From: Eledone cirrhosa
Taxonomy: Eukaryota
NCBI GenBank assembly: GCA_964016885.1
Contig: OZ024740.1
Location: forward strand, 35,216,001-35,280,000
Direction of reading: 5' to 3'
DNA: 64,000 bases
The position numbers and the translations under genes were made by a program. The notes beneath the pieces are model-generated. The model made no database searches, was not told where the DNA came from, and was given only the letters and a program-made list of their open reading frames with translations. This document shows positions 17,866 to 29,800 of this stretch, piece after piece (position 1 is the first letter of the stretch; each line of letters begins with the position of its first letter).

Positions 17866-18319
17866 TTAGAATGGTATAATAAACTGTACGTCAAAGTGAT
17901 ATCGGTTATCATAATAGGCAAGCTACAATAAACACCTCAAGACTACAGTAAATCTAACTACCTCTGGACTACCGTACTTTCATACTACAATAAACATTTG
18001 TAGACAACTCTGGAGGAAATATTGAGAAGTAGATAATAGGTATTGTTGGCAGGGACCTCTCAACACTGTTGCTGGGTAGGAGGTGTAGAGACGCTGAAAA
18101 TGGCTGCAGACATGCGATTATGATATCGATGCTATAAGACAGTAAAGGTAGAGCGAGAAATAGGGAGATTATGTGTGGGGTCGGGGATGAGAGAAAGAAG
18201 AGGGGAGAACACGGAAGAGCCAAACTCCCACTGTCATGTTGTGGGAATAGGGGTTATAATGTTTGGGGAAGAGTAGACATTCGCGGAAACAACGAATTAT
18301 GTTACTTCGGTGTCAGTAA

Positions 18320-20017
18320 ATAGGGTTATATATACCAGCTGAGAGGGTTATATATACCAGCTGAGAGGGTTATATATACCAGCTGAGAGGGTTATATATA
18401 CCAGCTGATAGGGTTATATATATACCAGCTGATAGGGTTATATATACAAGCTGATAGGATTATATATACCAGCTGATAGGGTTATATATACCAGCTGAGA
18501 GGGTTATATATACCAGCTGAGAGGGTTATATATACCAGCTGATAAGGTTAAATATACCAGCTGATAAGGTTATATATACCAGCTGATAGGGTTATATATA
18601 CCAGCTGATAATGTTATATATACCAGCTGATAGTGTTATATATACCAGCTGATAGTGTTATATATACCAGCTGATAGTGTTATATATACCAGCTGATAGG
18701 GTTATATATACCAGCTGATAGGGTTATATATACCAGCTGATAGGGTTATATATACCAGCTGATAGGGTTATATATACCAGCTGATAGGGTTATATATACA
18801 AGCTGATAGGGTTATATATACCAGCTGATAGGGTTATATATATACCAGCTGATAGGGTTATATATACCAGCTGATAGGGTTATATATACCAGCTGATAGG
18901 GTTATATATACAAGCTGATAGGGTTATATATACCAGCTGATAGGGTTATATATACCAGCTGATAGGGTTATATATATATACCAGCTGATAGGGTTATATA
19001 TATACCAGCTGATAGGGTTATATATACAAGCTGATAGGGTTATATATACCAGCTGATAGGCTTATATATATACCAGCTGATATGGTTATATATACAAGCT
19101 GATAGGGTTATATATACCAGCTGATAGGGTTATATATACCAGCTGATAGGGTTATATATACCAGCTGATAGGGTTATATATACCAGCTGATAGGGTTATA
19201 TATACAAGCTGATAGGGTTATATATACCAGCTGATAGGGTTATATATATACCAGCTGATAGGGTTATATATACCATCTGATAGGGTTATATATACAAGCT
19301 GATAGGGTTATATATACCAGCTGATAGGGTTATATATACCAGCTGATAGGGTTATATATATACCAGCTGATAGGGTTATATATACAAGCTGATAGGGTTA
19401 TATATACCAGCTGATAGGGTTATATATACCAGCTGATAGGGTTATATATATACCAGCTGATAGGGTTATATATACCAGCTGATAGGGTTATATATACCAG
19501 CTGATAGGGTTATATATACCAGCTGATAGGGTTATATATACAAGCTGATAGGGTTATATATACCAGCTGATAGGGTTATATATATACCAGCTGATAGGGT
19601 TATATATACAAGCTGATAGGGTTATATATACCAGCTGATAGGGTTATATATATACCAGCTGATAGGGTTATATATATACCAGCTGATAGGGTTATATATA
19701 CAAGCTGATAGGGTTATATATACCAGCTGATAGGGTTATATATATACCAGCTGATAGGGTTATATATACAAGCTGATAGGGTTATATATACCAGCTGATA
19801 GGGTTATATATATACCAGCTGATATGGTTATATATACAAGCTGATAGGGTTATATATACCAGCTGATAGGGTTATATATACCAGCTGATAAGGTTATATA
19901 TACCAGCTGATAGGGTTATATATACAAGCTGATAGGGTTATACATACCAGCTGATAGGGTTATATATACCAGCTGATAGGGTTATATATACCAGCTGATA
20001 GGGTTATATATATATAT
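18320..20017. repeat. 22-bp minisatellite GGGTTATATATACCAGCTGATA (units of 22, 24 or more bp through TA-number variation), left block
   Basis: Direct periodicity, e.g. GGGTTA at 18721 and 18743. Confidence 0.97.
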
Positions 20018-20135
20018 ATCACCTTGATCACCTTGACCGACCAGTCTGTCGCGCGCCAATCGGCGCCGTTGGTCACAGCACGTCGTGCTGTTTTAGCCAT
20101 AAGATAACGCCATCCCACTGGCTGGGCGGGCAGGC

Positions 20136-20137
<2 letters not shown>
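20018..20137 (-). mobile_element. Short GC-rich 3' fragment of a SINE/LINE with a tandem 9-bp tail (CAAGGTGAT)x2, inserted in a TA tract
   Basis: 120-bp GC-rich island bounded by (TA)n on both sides, starting with ATCACCTTG x2 on the plus strand. It resembles 3' ends of cephalopod SINE/LINE families (recollection only, not searched). Confidence 0.5.

Positions 20138-20167
<30 letters not shown>
20138..20167. repeat. (TA)n microsatellite
   Basis: Pure TA run. Confidence 0.95.
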
Positions 20168-20175
<8 letters not shown>

Positions 20176-21215
20176 AGAACAAAAGATGGTTAAAAGAGTT
20201 CCATGTATTTTATTATGCGCATTTCAAAAACAAATATCATCATGCAATAATATTTGTGTTTTCATCAGATAAAACAGGAAGACATGATATGAAGGTTAAA
20301 AAACACTTGTGGATAGTTCAGTTTTAAATCAACATATGAGAAGTAGTTTTAGATTGATGTGTGATATTGGGAAAAATATTTTATTTAGAGGGGGGGGGGA
20401 TGAAAAAGAGGAGGAGATGAGAGTAAAAAGTGGAGAGGGAGGAGTATAATGAGGAAGGATGAGATAGGAGGAGAGATGGGTGATAGAGAGAGAGAGATAG
20501 CTTTTATAACTGAGAAAGATATATTGTTTTACATAGAGAGGTTGAAAACCGTTGGAAGATAATGTATAAATTAAAAGAATTTGAAAATTAACGAAGAGAA
20601 AAATAATGTAAAGTTAAGGTTTGTATATTTAGGGGTTTGATAATATGTGCGATGAAAAAGAAAATGTTAATATGTAATGAGAATAATATTTAAGGGTTTA
20701 ATAATATCTGCGATGTTAAGAAAATGTTGATATGTATTATTAAAAGGAACAACAGGTTATTTAAGTAAGATGAGCATGAATGAGTTAGATGAAAGGGAGA
20801 AAAGAATAATGAATTGAGGATGAATAATCTAACGTCAACAAAATGTTTACGAAGGATTTTTACAAGGTGATATAGAGTAAGAATGTATTGTATTATGTAA
20901 TAATTGATTCTATGTTAGGCAAGAGTGAGAAAAGGGTACAGATTAGGGGTTAGACATTAAAAGAAGAAGAGAAGAAAGGGAAGTGATAAATAGGAGCGAA
21001 GCGATGTAGAATGAGTAACAAGTATTATAGAATGTATAATAACCTTTGAAATAAGGTAGAAAGATGGGTATATTTTTAAAAGAAGTGTATATATATATGC
21101 GCCTTTGAGAAAAAGATTCTAAATTGATAAAGAATTGAATATTAGCTGTATACTTTGTGAAATGTTTTATGGAATTTATGCAAGCAGATATTGTACTACA
21201 ATAAAACTCACCTCC

Positions 21216-21218
<3 letters not shown>
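20168..21218 (-). mobile_element. Probable decayed Penelope-like element 3' remnant carrying a hammerhead ribozyme
   Basis: Flanked by (TA)n. The minus strand has a pyrimidine-rich tract followed by a minimal hammerhead, and a broken SISPCKNPS*TFC motif (~20840-20880) recalling the PLE Cys linker. No intact ORF. Confidence 0.45.
20206..20276 (-). ncRNA. Type I hammerhead ribozyme motif (minimal, palindromic stem III)
   Basis: Minus strand reads UGUUUUAU-CUGAUGA-AAACACAAAUAUUAU-UGCAUG-AUGAUAUUUGUUUUU-GAAA-UGCGCA-UA-AUAAAAUA. The core is intact, stem I is 8 bp (one GU), stem II pairs 14 of 15, and the cleavage triplet is AUA. Confidence 0.82.
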
Positions 21219-21263
<45 letters not shown>

Positions 21264-21450
21264 AGCTGATATGGTTATATATACCAGCTGATAGGGTTAT
21301 ATATACCAGCTGATCGGGTTATATATACCAGCTGATAGGGTATTATATACCATCTGATAGGGTTTTATATATACCAGCTGATAGTGTTATATATACCAGC
21401 TGATAGGGTATTATATACCAGCTGATAAGGTTATATATACCAGCTGATAG
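21219..21450. repeat. (TA)n run followed by the right block of the 22-bp minisatellite
   Basis: The TA run reads into ...TATACCAGCTGATA, then ~9 more units follow. Confidence 0.95.
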
Positions 21451-21758
21451 AGAAGCATTCCTTGGCCTTAACCATGAGCTATTTATCTGTCTATTTGTAG
21501 GTAGGCCTTCGTTGCAGGATTTTATCTAGTTGTTCCCTCTCAGAAATATCAGTACAACACCATGGAAAGTACAATCAGGTACACATCAAGATCCTGAGCT
21601 ATTCTTAAATTCTAATCCTAGTCCGAACATTTACAAACGGAATAACCTCTGCTAAAGACACTCAAATCAAAGCAGACAGAGTGCTAGACATACCTTGTTG
21701 CAAACCTGGGTTTATTATGTACCAGTAATTCGGTGGTTTATTGTGGTTCAGTAATAAT

Positions 21759-21933
21759 TGTTTCTACTTTTGGCACAAGGCCAGCAATTACCCAGTACAT
21801 TACTGGTACTTTATTTTATCGACCCCGTAAGGATGAAAGGCAAAGTTAACCTCGGCGGGATTTGAACTAAGATCGCAAGGGGATGTAACTATGCTGAAAA
21901 GAATGTCTAACCCTCTACCGATACTGCCGGTTC
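21759..21933 (-). mobile_element. tRNA-derived SINE (Meta-domain-like core), copy A
   Basis: Reverse-complement homolog of copy B, with core TTTCATCCTTACGGGGTCGATAAAATAAAGTACCAG. A 14-bp direct repeat GGTTCAGTAATAAT at 21745-21758 and 21929-21942 is the likely TSD. Confidence 0.8.
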
Positions 21934-22202
21934 AGTAATAATGAAGTTTATTGTGGTACCAGTAATACAGAGGTTTGTTTTGACTTAGCTGGACGTTTGG
22001 GATTCGAATGAAGGGTCTTTGAACGGAGGTAGGTACAGATTGGAAGTAAGGCTGAAGTTTATCAGACTAGAGGGTGGTTGATAGGAATAGGATGGGGTAT
22101 TTTAAGGCAATATTTATAAAATCTAACGCATCCCCCTAATATATTCAACAGCATTTAATGAATCATTTATTATAACAGTACAATGCATTATTATCCAAGT
22201 GA

Positions 22203-22395
22203 AAGGCGGTGAATTGGCAGTATCGGTAGAGGGTCGGACGCCATGCTTTCCAGCATAGTTACATCCTTTTTCGGTCTGAGTTCAAATCCCGTCGAGGTTA
22301 ACTTTGCCCTTCATCTTTACGGGGTCGATAAAATAAAGTACCAGTAATGCACTGAGTAATTGCTGGCATTGTACCAAAAGTAGAAACAATTATTA
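22203..22395 (+). mobile_element. tRNA-derived SINE (Meta-domain-like core), copy B
   Basis: Pol III A-box-like TGGCAGTATCGG and B-box GAGTTCAAATCC, with core GGGGTCGATAAAATAAAGTACCAG. Imperfect TSD ATTATTATCCAAGTGAAAG (22187) / ATTATTATGCAAGTTGAAAG (22389). Confidence 0.82.
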
Positions 22396-22549
22396 TGCAA
22401 GTTGAAAGTAATTATTTTCTACACAATTGTTCTCATAAGCAATTAAAATAACCAGTAACTTATTTACAAATTTATTTTGAATCAATGAATGTGAATAGAA
22501 CTGATTACTGCAAAAATAAAACAAACAAACAAAAACCAAAAAAAAAAAT

Positions 22550-23330
22550 CGGTAAATGTGATGCATTTAATGGAAACGTCATGAAATCTATACATTCTAA
22601 CGGCAATACTGAACCTGATAACGAAGTTTAAACTCTTAATTGTTTATGGTCTATTTTGCTAAAGCCTTGTTAAAACGTTCAATTGAAATTCTCCCGAAAC
22701 ATGTTTTACTTTTCCAAACATGTTGCTCAAAAGATACTCTTCTATGGTTGCATAAATGTAGCTGCAGTAGTGTACTCATATCCATGATAACTGAAGATAT
22801 TGTTGAAGACTTTATGCCTGGTAAGCAATTAAGACCTAGAAATTTTGCATTGGTTACCAAGCGTTGGTCAACCCAACGAATACACAACATAAATTGTCCC
22901 TTGCTAGATGCAGTGGAAATAATTAAAAACTAGTTTGTGCTTACTTAATCTAATAAATATCTGAGAAGTCAACCAATATACAACATAATTAACTTTCTAT
23001 ATCGAGCTTCAGATATTTATTTGCACCAGCTTTGTTAAGCCACCTCAAAAGATTGCCATCATTTTTCTCTTAGAAATGCTATTAGATTATACAAACTATA
23101 TAAGTCTTCTATATTTCTTTACAGGACTGTTCTTTGTGAGCAAAGGATGAACAAGATTCAATAATTTTGTGTATTTTATTGTAATTTCATGCAACAATTC
23201 ACTAACTCTATAACAATTCGGATCACCACATCCACTTGTTTTGGTAAAATTAAAGTTCATTGATTGATAAAGTTGAGTTTCAGAGGCAAACCTGACTCAG
23301 TTTTAATTTCTATTAAAAATAACACTTAAT
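22550..23330 (-). pseudogene. Decayed hAT-superfamily transposase fragment (ZMYM1-like/DUF4371 type)
   Basis: ORF 22651..22890 LCIRWVDQRLVTNAKFLGLNCLPGIKSSTISSVIMD..LQLHL fits the pattern Q(L)S(I)C(I)RWVD...FLG....DIKS.TI. Flanking remnants are SKGQF, GLPL..NF and KSLNF. Stops and frameshifts are present and the boundaries are approximate. Confidence 0.7.
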
Positions 23331-23399
23331 AGTTATTGCTCAGTTAAAGAGTAGAAAACGGCACAATTAGAGATGCTTTGCGTAGATAAAATTAATTTC

Positions 23400-23876
23400 T
23401 CTATAAATTAACCAGAAGGTCATATTAATTATGGAGATACTTCGTTTCAACACGTCGCATAGCAAACGATGTAGTACAATGAAGATATATATTAGTTTAA
23501 CACTTAATATAGTAGGAAAAAGTCTTAACCTTTCGGATGATAGTCCTTCATCAGAAGATAGAATAAGAAACAAAAAAGGAAATAGAAAGATACAGGAGAG
23601 TGAGAAGAATAAACGGAAAATAATTGTGGGGAGAAAAAGCACATATATATCAATGCCCACTCACACAAATTATATCTCTTATACTCACTAGAGTAGGAGA
23701 TACAAAAGGACGAGTTCAAAAGAATAATGGTGGTGGTGGTGCCGGGTTCAAATGAAAAGGGGACTACAAAGAGATGGTTAAAATCTAAACAGACGTTGTT
23801 TTATAAGGATATATATTATATCCATGGTGGATAGGATTTATGAAGCTGTAGGAAGGAAGGAGGGAAAAAGATGAGA
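23400..23876 (-). mobile_element. Possible second Penelope-like terminal remnant
   Basis: Same architecture as 20.2-21.2 kb: a pyrimidine-rich minus strand leading into a minimal hammerhead. No recognisable ORF. Confidence 0.35.
23523..23558 (-). ncRNA. Degenerate minimal type I hammerhead ribozyme motif
   Basis: Minus strand UCUU-CUGAUGA-A-GGA-CUAUCA-UCC-GAAA-GG-UU-AAGA. Core and short stems I/II are present, but GAAAGG replaces the palindromic GAAACG. Confidence 0.55.
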
Positions 23877-26800
23877 AAGTTAAGGCCTTGGATAATATTA
23901 TTGATAGGTGAGGACGAGATACAGGCAAGAAGTGATAGTTAAGGTCTTGGTTAATATTGTTGATAGGTGAGGACGAGATAGAGGCAAGCGGTGACAGTTA
24001 AGGTCTTGGTTAATATTGTTGATAGGTGAGGACGAGATAGAGGCAAGCAGTGACAGTTAAGGTCTTGGTTAATATTGTTGATAGGTGAGGACGAGATAGA
24101 GGCAAGCAGTGACAGTTAAGGTCTTGGTTAATATTGTTGATAGGTGAGGACGAGATAGAGGCAAGCAGTGACAGTTAAGGTCTTGGTTAATATTGTTGAT
24201 AGGTGAGGACGAGATAGAGGCAAGCAGTGACAGTTAAGGTCTTGGTTAATATTGTTGATAGGTGAGGACGAGATAGAGGCAAGCAGTGACAGTAAAGGTC
24301 TTGGTTAATATTGTTGATAGGTGAGGACGAGATAGAGGCAAGCAGTGACAGTTAAGGTCTTGGTTAATATTGTTGATAGGTGAGGACGAGTTAGAGGCAA
24401 GCAGTGACAGTTAAGGTCTTGGTTAATATTGTTGATAGGTGAGGACGAGCTAGAGGCAAGGAGTGACAGTTAAGGTCTTGGTTAATATTGTTGATAGGTG
24501 AGGACGAGATAGAGGCAAGCAGTGACAGTTAAGGTCTTGGTTAATATTGTTGATAGGTGAGGACGAGCTAGAGGCAAGCAGTGACAGTTAAGGTCTTGGT
24601 TAATATTGTTGATAGGTGAGGACGAGATAGAGGCAAGCAGTGACAGTTAAGGTCTTGGTTAATATTGTTGATAGGTGAGGACGAGATAGAGGCAAGCAGT
24701 GACAGTTAAAGTCTTGGTTAATATTGTAGATAGGTGAGGACGAGATAGAGGCAAGCAGTGACAGTTAAGGTCTTGGTTAATATTGTTGATAGGTGAGGAC
24801 GAGATAGAGGGAAGCAGTGACAGTTAAGGTCTTGGTTAATATTGTTGATAGGTGAGGACGAGATAGAAGCAAGCAGTGACAGTTAAGGTCTTGGTTAATA
24901 TTGTTGATAGGTGAGGACGAGATAGAGGCAAGCAGTGACAGTTAAGGTCTTGGTTAATATTGTTGATAGGTGAGGACGAGATAGAGGCAAGCAGTGACAG
25001 TTAAGGTCTTGGTTAATATTGTTGATAGGTGGGGACGAGATAGAGGCAAGCAGTGACAGTTGAGGTCTTGGTTAATATTGTTGATAGGTGAGGACGAGAT
25101 AGAGGCAAGCAGTGACAGTTGAGGTCTTGGTTAATATTATTGATAGGTGAGGACGAGATAGAGGCAAGCAGTGACAGTTAAGGACTTGGTTAATATTGTT
25201 GATATGTGAGGACGAGATAGAGGCAAGCAGTGACAGTTAAGATCTTGGTATTATTTATGATAGGTGAGGACGAGATAGAAGCAAGCAGTGACAGTTAAGG
25301 TCTTGGTTAATATTGTTGATAAGTGAGGACGAGATAGAGGCAAGCAGTGACAGTTAAGGTCTTGGTTAATATTGTTGATATGTGAGGACGAGATAGAGGC
25401 AAGCAGTGACAGTTAAGATCTTGGTACTATTTATGATAGGTGAGGACGAGATAGAAGCAAGCAGTGAGAGTTAAGGTCTTGGTTAATATTGTTGATAGGT
25501 GAGGACGAGATAGAGGCAAGCAGTGACAGTTAAGGTCTTGGTTAATATTGTTGATAGGCGAGGACGAGATAGAAGCAAGCAGTGACAGTTAAGGTCTTGG
25601 TTAATATTATTGATAGGTCAGGACGAGATAGAGGTAAGCAGTGACAGTTGAGGTCTTGGTTAATATTGTTGATAGGTGAGGACGAGATAGAGGCAAGCAG
25701 CGACAGTTAAGGTCTTGGTTAATATTGTTGATAGGTGGGGACGAGATAGAGGTAAGCAGTGACAGTTAAGGTCTTGGTTAATATTGTTGATAGGTGGGGA
25801 CGAGATAGAGGTAAGCAGCGACAGTTAAGGTGTTGGTTAATATTGTTGATAGGTGAGGACGAGATAGAGGCAAGCAGTGACAGTTAAGGTCTTGGTTAAT
25901 ATTGTTGATAGGTGAGGACGAGATAGAGGCAAGCAGTGACAGTTAAGGTCTTGGTTAATATTGTTGATAGGTGAGGACGAGATAGAGGCAAGCAGTGAGA
26001 GTTAAGGTCTTGATTAATATTGTTGATAGGTGAGGACGAGATAGAGGCAAGCAGTGACAGTTAAAGTCTTGGTTAATATTGTTGATAGGTGAGGACGAGA
26101 TAGAGGCCAGCAGTGACAGTTAGGGTCTTGGTTAATATTGTTGATAGGTGAGGACGAGATAGAGGTAATCAGTGACAGTTAAGGTCTTGGTTAATATTAT
26201 TGATAGGTGAGGACGAGATAGAGGTAATCAGTGACAGTTAAGGTCTTGGTTAATATTATTGATAGGTGAGGACGAGATAGAGGCAAGCAGTGACAGTTAA
26301 GTTCTTGGTTAATATTATTGATAGGTGAGGACGAGATAGAGGTAATCAGTGACAGTTAAGGTCTTGGTTAATATTATTGATAGGTGAGGACGAGATAGAG
26401 GCAAGCAGTGACAGTTAAGTTCTTGGTTAATATTATTGATAGGTGAGGACGAGATAGAGGTAATCAGTGACAGTTAAGGTCTTGGTGAATATTGTTGATA
26501 GGTGAGCACGAGATAGAGGTAAGCAGTGACAGTTGAGGTCTTGGTTAATATTATTGATAGGTGAGCACGAGATAGAGGTAAGCAGTGACAGTTGAGGTCT
26601 TGGTTAATATTATTGATAGGTGAGCACGAGATAGAGGTAAGCAGTGACAGTTGAAGTCTTGGTTAATATTATTGATAGGTGAGGACGAGATAGAGGCAAG
26701 CAGTGACAGTTAAGGTCTTGGTTAATATTGTTGATAGGTGGGGACGAGATAGAGGTAAGCAGTGACAGTTAAGGTCTTGGTTAATATTATTGATAGGTGA

Positions 26801-29800
26801 GGACGAGGTAGAGGCAAGCAGTGACAGTTAAGGTCTTGGTTAATATTATTGATAGGTGAGGACGAGATAGAGGCAAGCAGTGACAGTTAAGGTCTTGGTT
26901 AATATTGTTGATAGGTGGGGACGAGATAGAGGCAAGCAGTGACAGTTAAGGTCTTGGTTAATATTATTTATAGGTGAGGACGAGATAGAGGCAAGCAGTG
27001 ACAGTTAAGGTCTTGGTTAATATTATTGATAGGTGAGGACGAGATAGAGGCAAGCAGTGACAGTTAAGGTCTTGGTTAATATTATTGATAGGTGAGGACG
27101 AGATAGAGGCAAGCAGTGACAGTTGAGGTCTTGGTTAATATTGTTGATAGGTGAGCACGAGATAGAGGTAAGCAGTGACAGTTGAGGTTTTGGTTAATAT
27201 TGTTGATAGGTGAGGACGAGATAGAGGCAAGCAGTGACAGTTGAGGTCTTGGTTAATATTATTGATAGGTGAGGACGAGATAGAGGCAAGCAGTGACAGT
27301 TAAGGTCTTGGTTAATATTGTTGATAAGTGAGGACGAGATAGAGGCAAGCAGTGACAGTTAAGGTCTTGGTTAATATTGTTGATAGGTGAGGACGAGATA
27401 GAGGCAAGCAGTGACAGTTAAGGTCTTGATTAATATTATTGATAGGTGAGGACGAGATAGAGGTAAGCAGTGAGAGTTAAGGTCTTGGTTAATATTGTTG
27501 ATAGGTGAGGACGAGATAGAGGCAAGCAGTGACAGTTGAGGTCTTGGTTAATATTATTGATAGGTGAGGACGAGATAGAGGGAAGCAGTGACAGTTGAGG
27601 TCTTGGTTAATATTGTTGATAGGTGAGGATGAGATAGAGGTAAGCAGTGACAGTTAAGGTCTTGGTTAATATTATTGATAGGTGAGGACGAGATAGAGGG
27701 AAGCAGTGACAGTTGAGGTCTTGGTTAATATTGTTGATAGGTGAGGACGAGATAGAGGCAAGCAGTGACAGTTAAGGTCTTGGATAATATTAATGATAGG
27801 TGAGGACGAGATAGAGGTAAGCAGTGAGAGTTAAGGTCTTGGTTAATATTGTTGATAGGTGAGGACGAGATAGAGGCAAGCAGTGACAGTTAAGGTCTTG
27901 GTTAATATTGTTGATAGGTGAGGACGAGATAGAGGCAAGCAGTGACAGTTAAGGTCTTGGTTAATATTGTTGATAGGTGAGGACGAGATAGAGGCAAGCA
28001 GTGACAGTTAAGGTCTTGGTTAATATTGTTGATAGGTGAGGACGAGATAGAGGCAAGCAGTGACAGTTAAGGTCTTGGTTAATATTGTTGATAGGTGAGA
28101 ACGAGATAGAGGTAAGCAGTGACAGTTAAGGACTTGGTTAATATTATTGATAGGTGAGGACGAGATAGAGGTAAGCAGTGACAGTTAAGGTCTTGGTTAA
28201 TATTGTTGATAGGTCAGGACAAGATAGAGGTAAGCAGTGACAGTTAAGGTCTTGGTTAATATTGTTGATAGGTGAGGACGAGATAGAGGCAAGCAGTGAA
28301 AGTTAAGGTCTTCGTTAATATTATTGATAGGTGAGGACGAGATAGAGGTAAGCAGTGAGATTTAAGGTCTTGGTTAATATTATTGATAGGTCAGGACGAG
28401 ATAGAGGTAAGCAGTGACAGTTAAGGTCTTGGTTAATATTGTTGATAGGTGAGGACAAGATAGAGGCAAGCAGCGACAGTTAAGGTCTTGGTTAATATTT
28501 TTGATAGGTGGGGACGAGATAGAGGTAAGCAGGGACAGTTAAGGTCTTGGTTAATATTGTTGATAGGTTGGGACGAGATAGAGGCAAGCAGTGACAGTTA
28601 AGGTCTTGGTTAATATTGTTGATAGGTGAGAACGAGATAGAGGTAAGCAGTGACTGTTAAGGTCTTGATTAATATTGTTGATAGGTGGGGACGAGATAGA
28701 GGGAAGTAGTGACAGTTAAGGTCTTGGTTAATATTGTTGATTGGTGTGGACGAGATAGCGGCAAGGAGTGACAGTTAAGGTCTTGGTTAATATTGTTGAT
28801 AGGTGAGGACGAGATAGAGGCAAGCAGTGACAGTTGAGGTCTTGGTTAATATTGTTGATAGGTGAGGACGAGATAGAGGTAAGCAGTGAGAGTAAAGGTC
28901 TTGGTTAATATTGTTGATAGGTGAGGACGAGATAGAGGCAAGCAGTGACAGTTAAGGTCTTGGTTAATATTATTGATAGGTGGGGACGAGATAGAGGTAA
29001 GCAGCGACAGTTAAGGTGTTGGTTAATATTGTTGATAGGTGAGGACGAGATAGAGGCAAGCAGTGACAGTTAAGGTCTTGGTTAATATTGTTGATAGGTG
29101 AGGACGAGATAGAGGCAAGCAGTGACAGTTAAGGTCTTGGTTAATATTGTTGATAGGTGAGGACGAGATAGAGGCAAGCAGTGAGAGTTAAGGTCTTGAT
29201 TAATATTGTTGATAGGTGAGGACGAGATAGAGGCAAGCAGTGACAGTTAAAGTCTTGGTTAATATTGTTGATAGGTGAGGACGAGATAGAGGCCAGCAGT
29301 GACAGTTAGGGTCTTGGTTAATATTGTTGATAGGTGAGGACGAGATAGAGGTAATCAGTGACAGTTAAGGTCTTGGTTAATATTATTGATAGGTGAGGAC
29401 GAGATAGAGGTAATCAGTGACAGTTAAGGTCTTGGTTAATATTATTGATAGGTGAGGACGAGATAGAGGCAAGCAGTGACAGTTAAGTTCTTGGTTAATA
29501 TTATTGATAGGTGAGGACGAGATAGAGGTAATCAGTGACAGTTAAGGTCTTGGTTAATATTATTGATAGGTGAGGACGAGATAGAGGCAAGCAGTGACAG
29601 TTAAGTTCTTGGTTAATATTATTGATAGGTGAGGACGAGATAGAGGTAATCAGTGACAGTTAAGGTCTTGGTGAATATTGTTGATAGGTGAGCACGAGAT
29701 AGAGGTAAGCAGTGACAGTTGAGGTCTTGGTTAATATTATTGATAGGTGAGCACGAGATAGAGGTAAGCAGTGACAGTTGAGGTCTTGGTTAATATTATT

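Noticed and set aside
17866-18319. Unique spacer with an 84-aa minus-strand ORF
   Set aside because: No recognisable motif, non-ATG start and low complexity; left unannotated.
20624-20738. Diverged ~60-bp tandem duplication
   Set aside because: Two degenerate copies inside a decayed element, unrelated to the 59-bp satellite.
23940-24000. Satellite GTGAGGACGA resembles hammerhead stem II (CUGAUGAGUCCGUGAGGACGAAA)
   Set aside because: It lacks CUGANGA, the GUCC pairing strand and GAAA.
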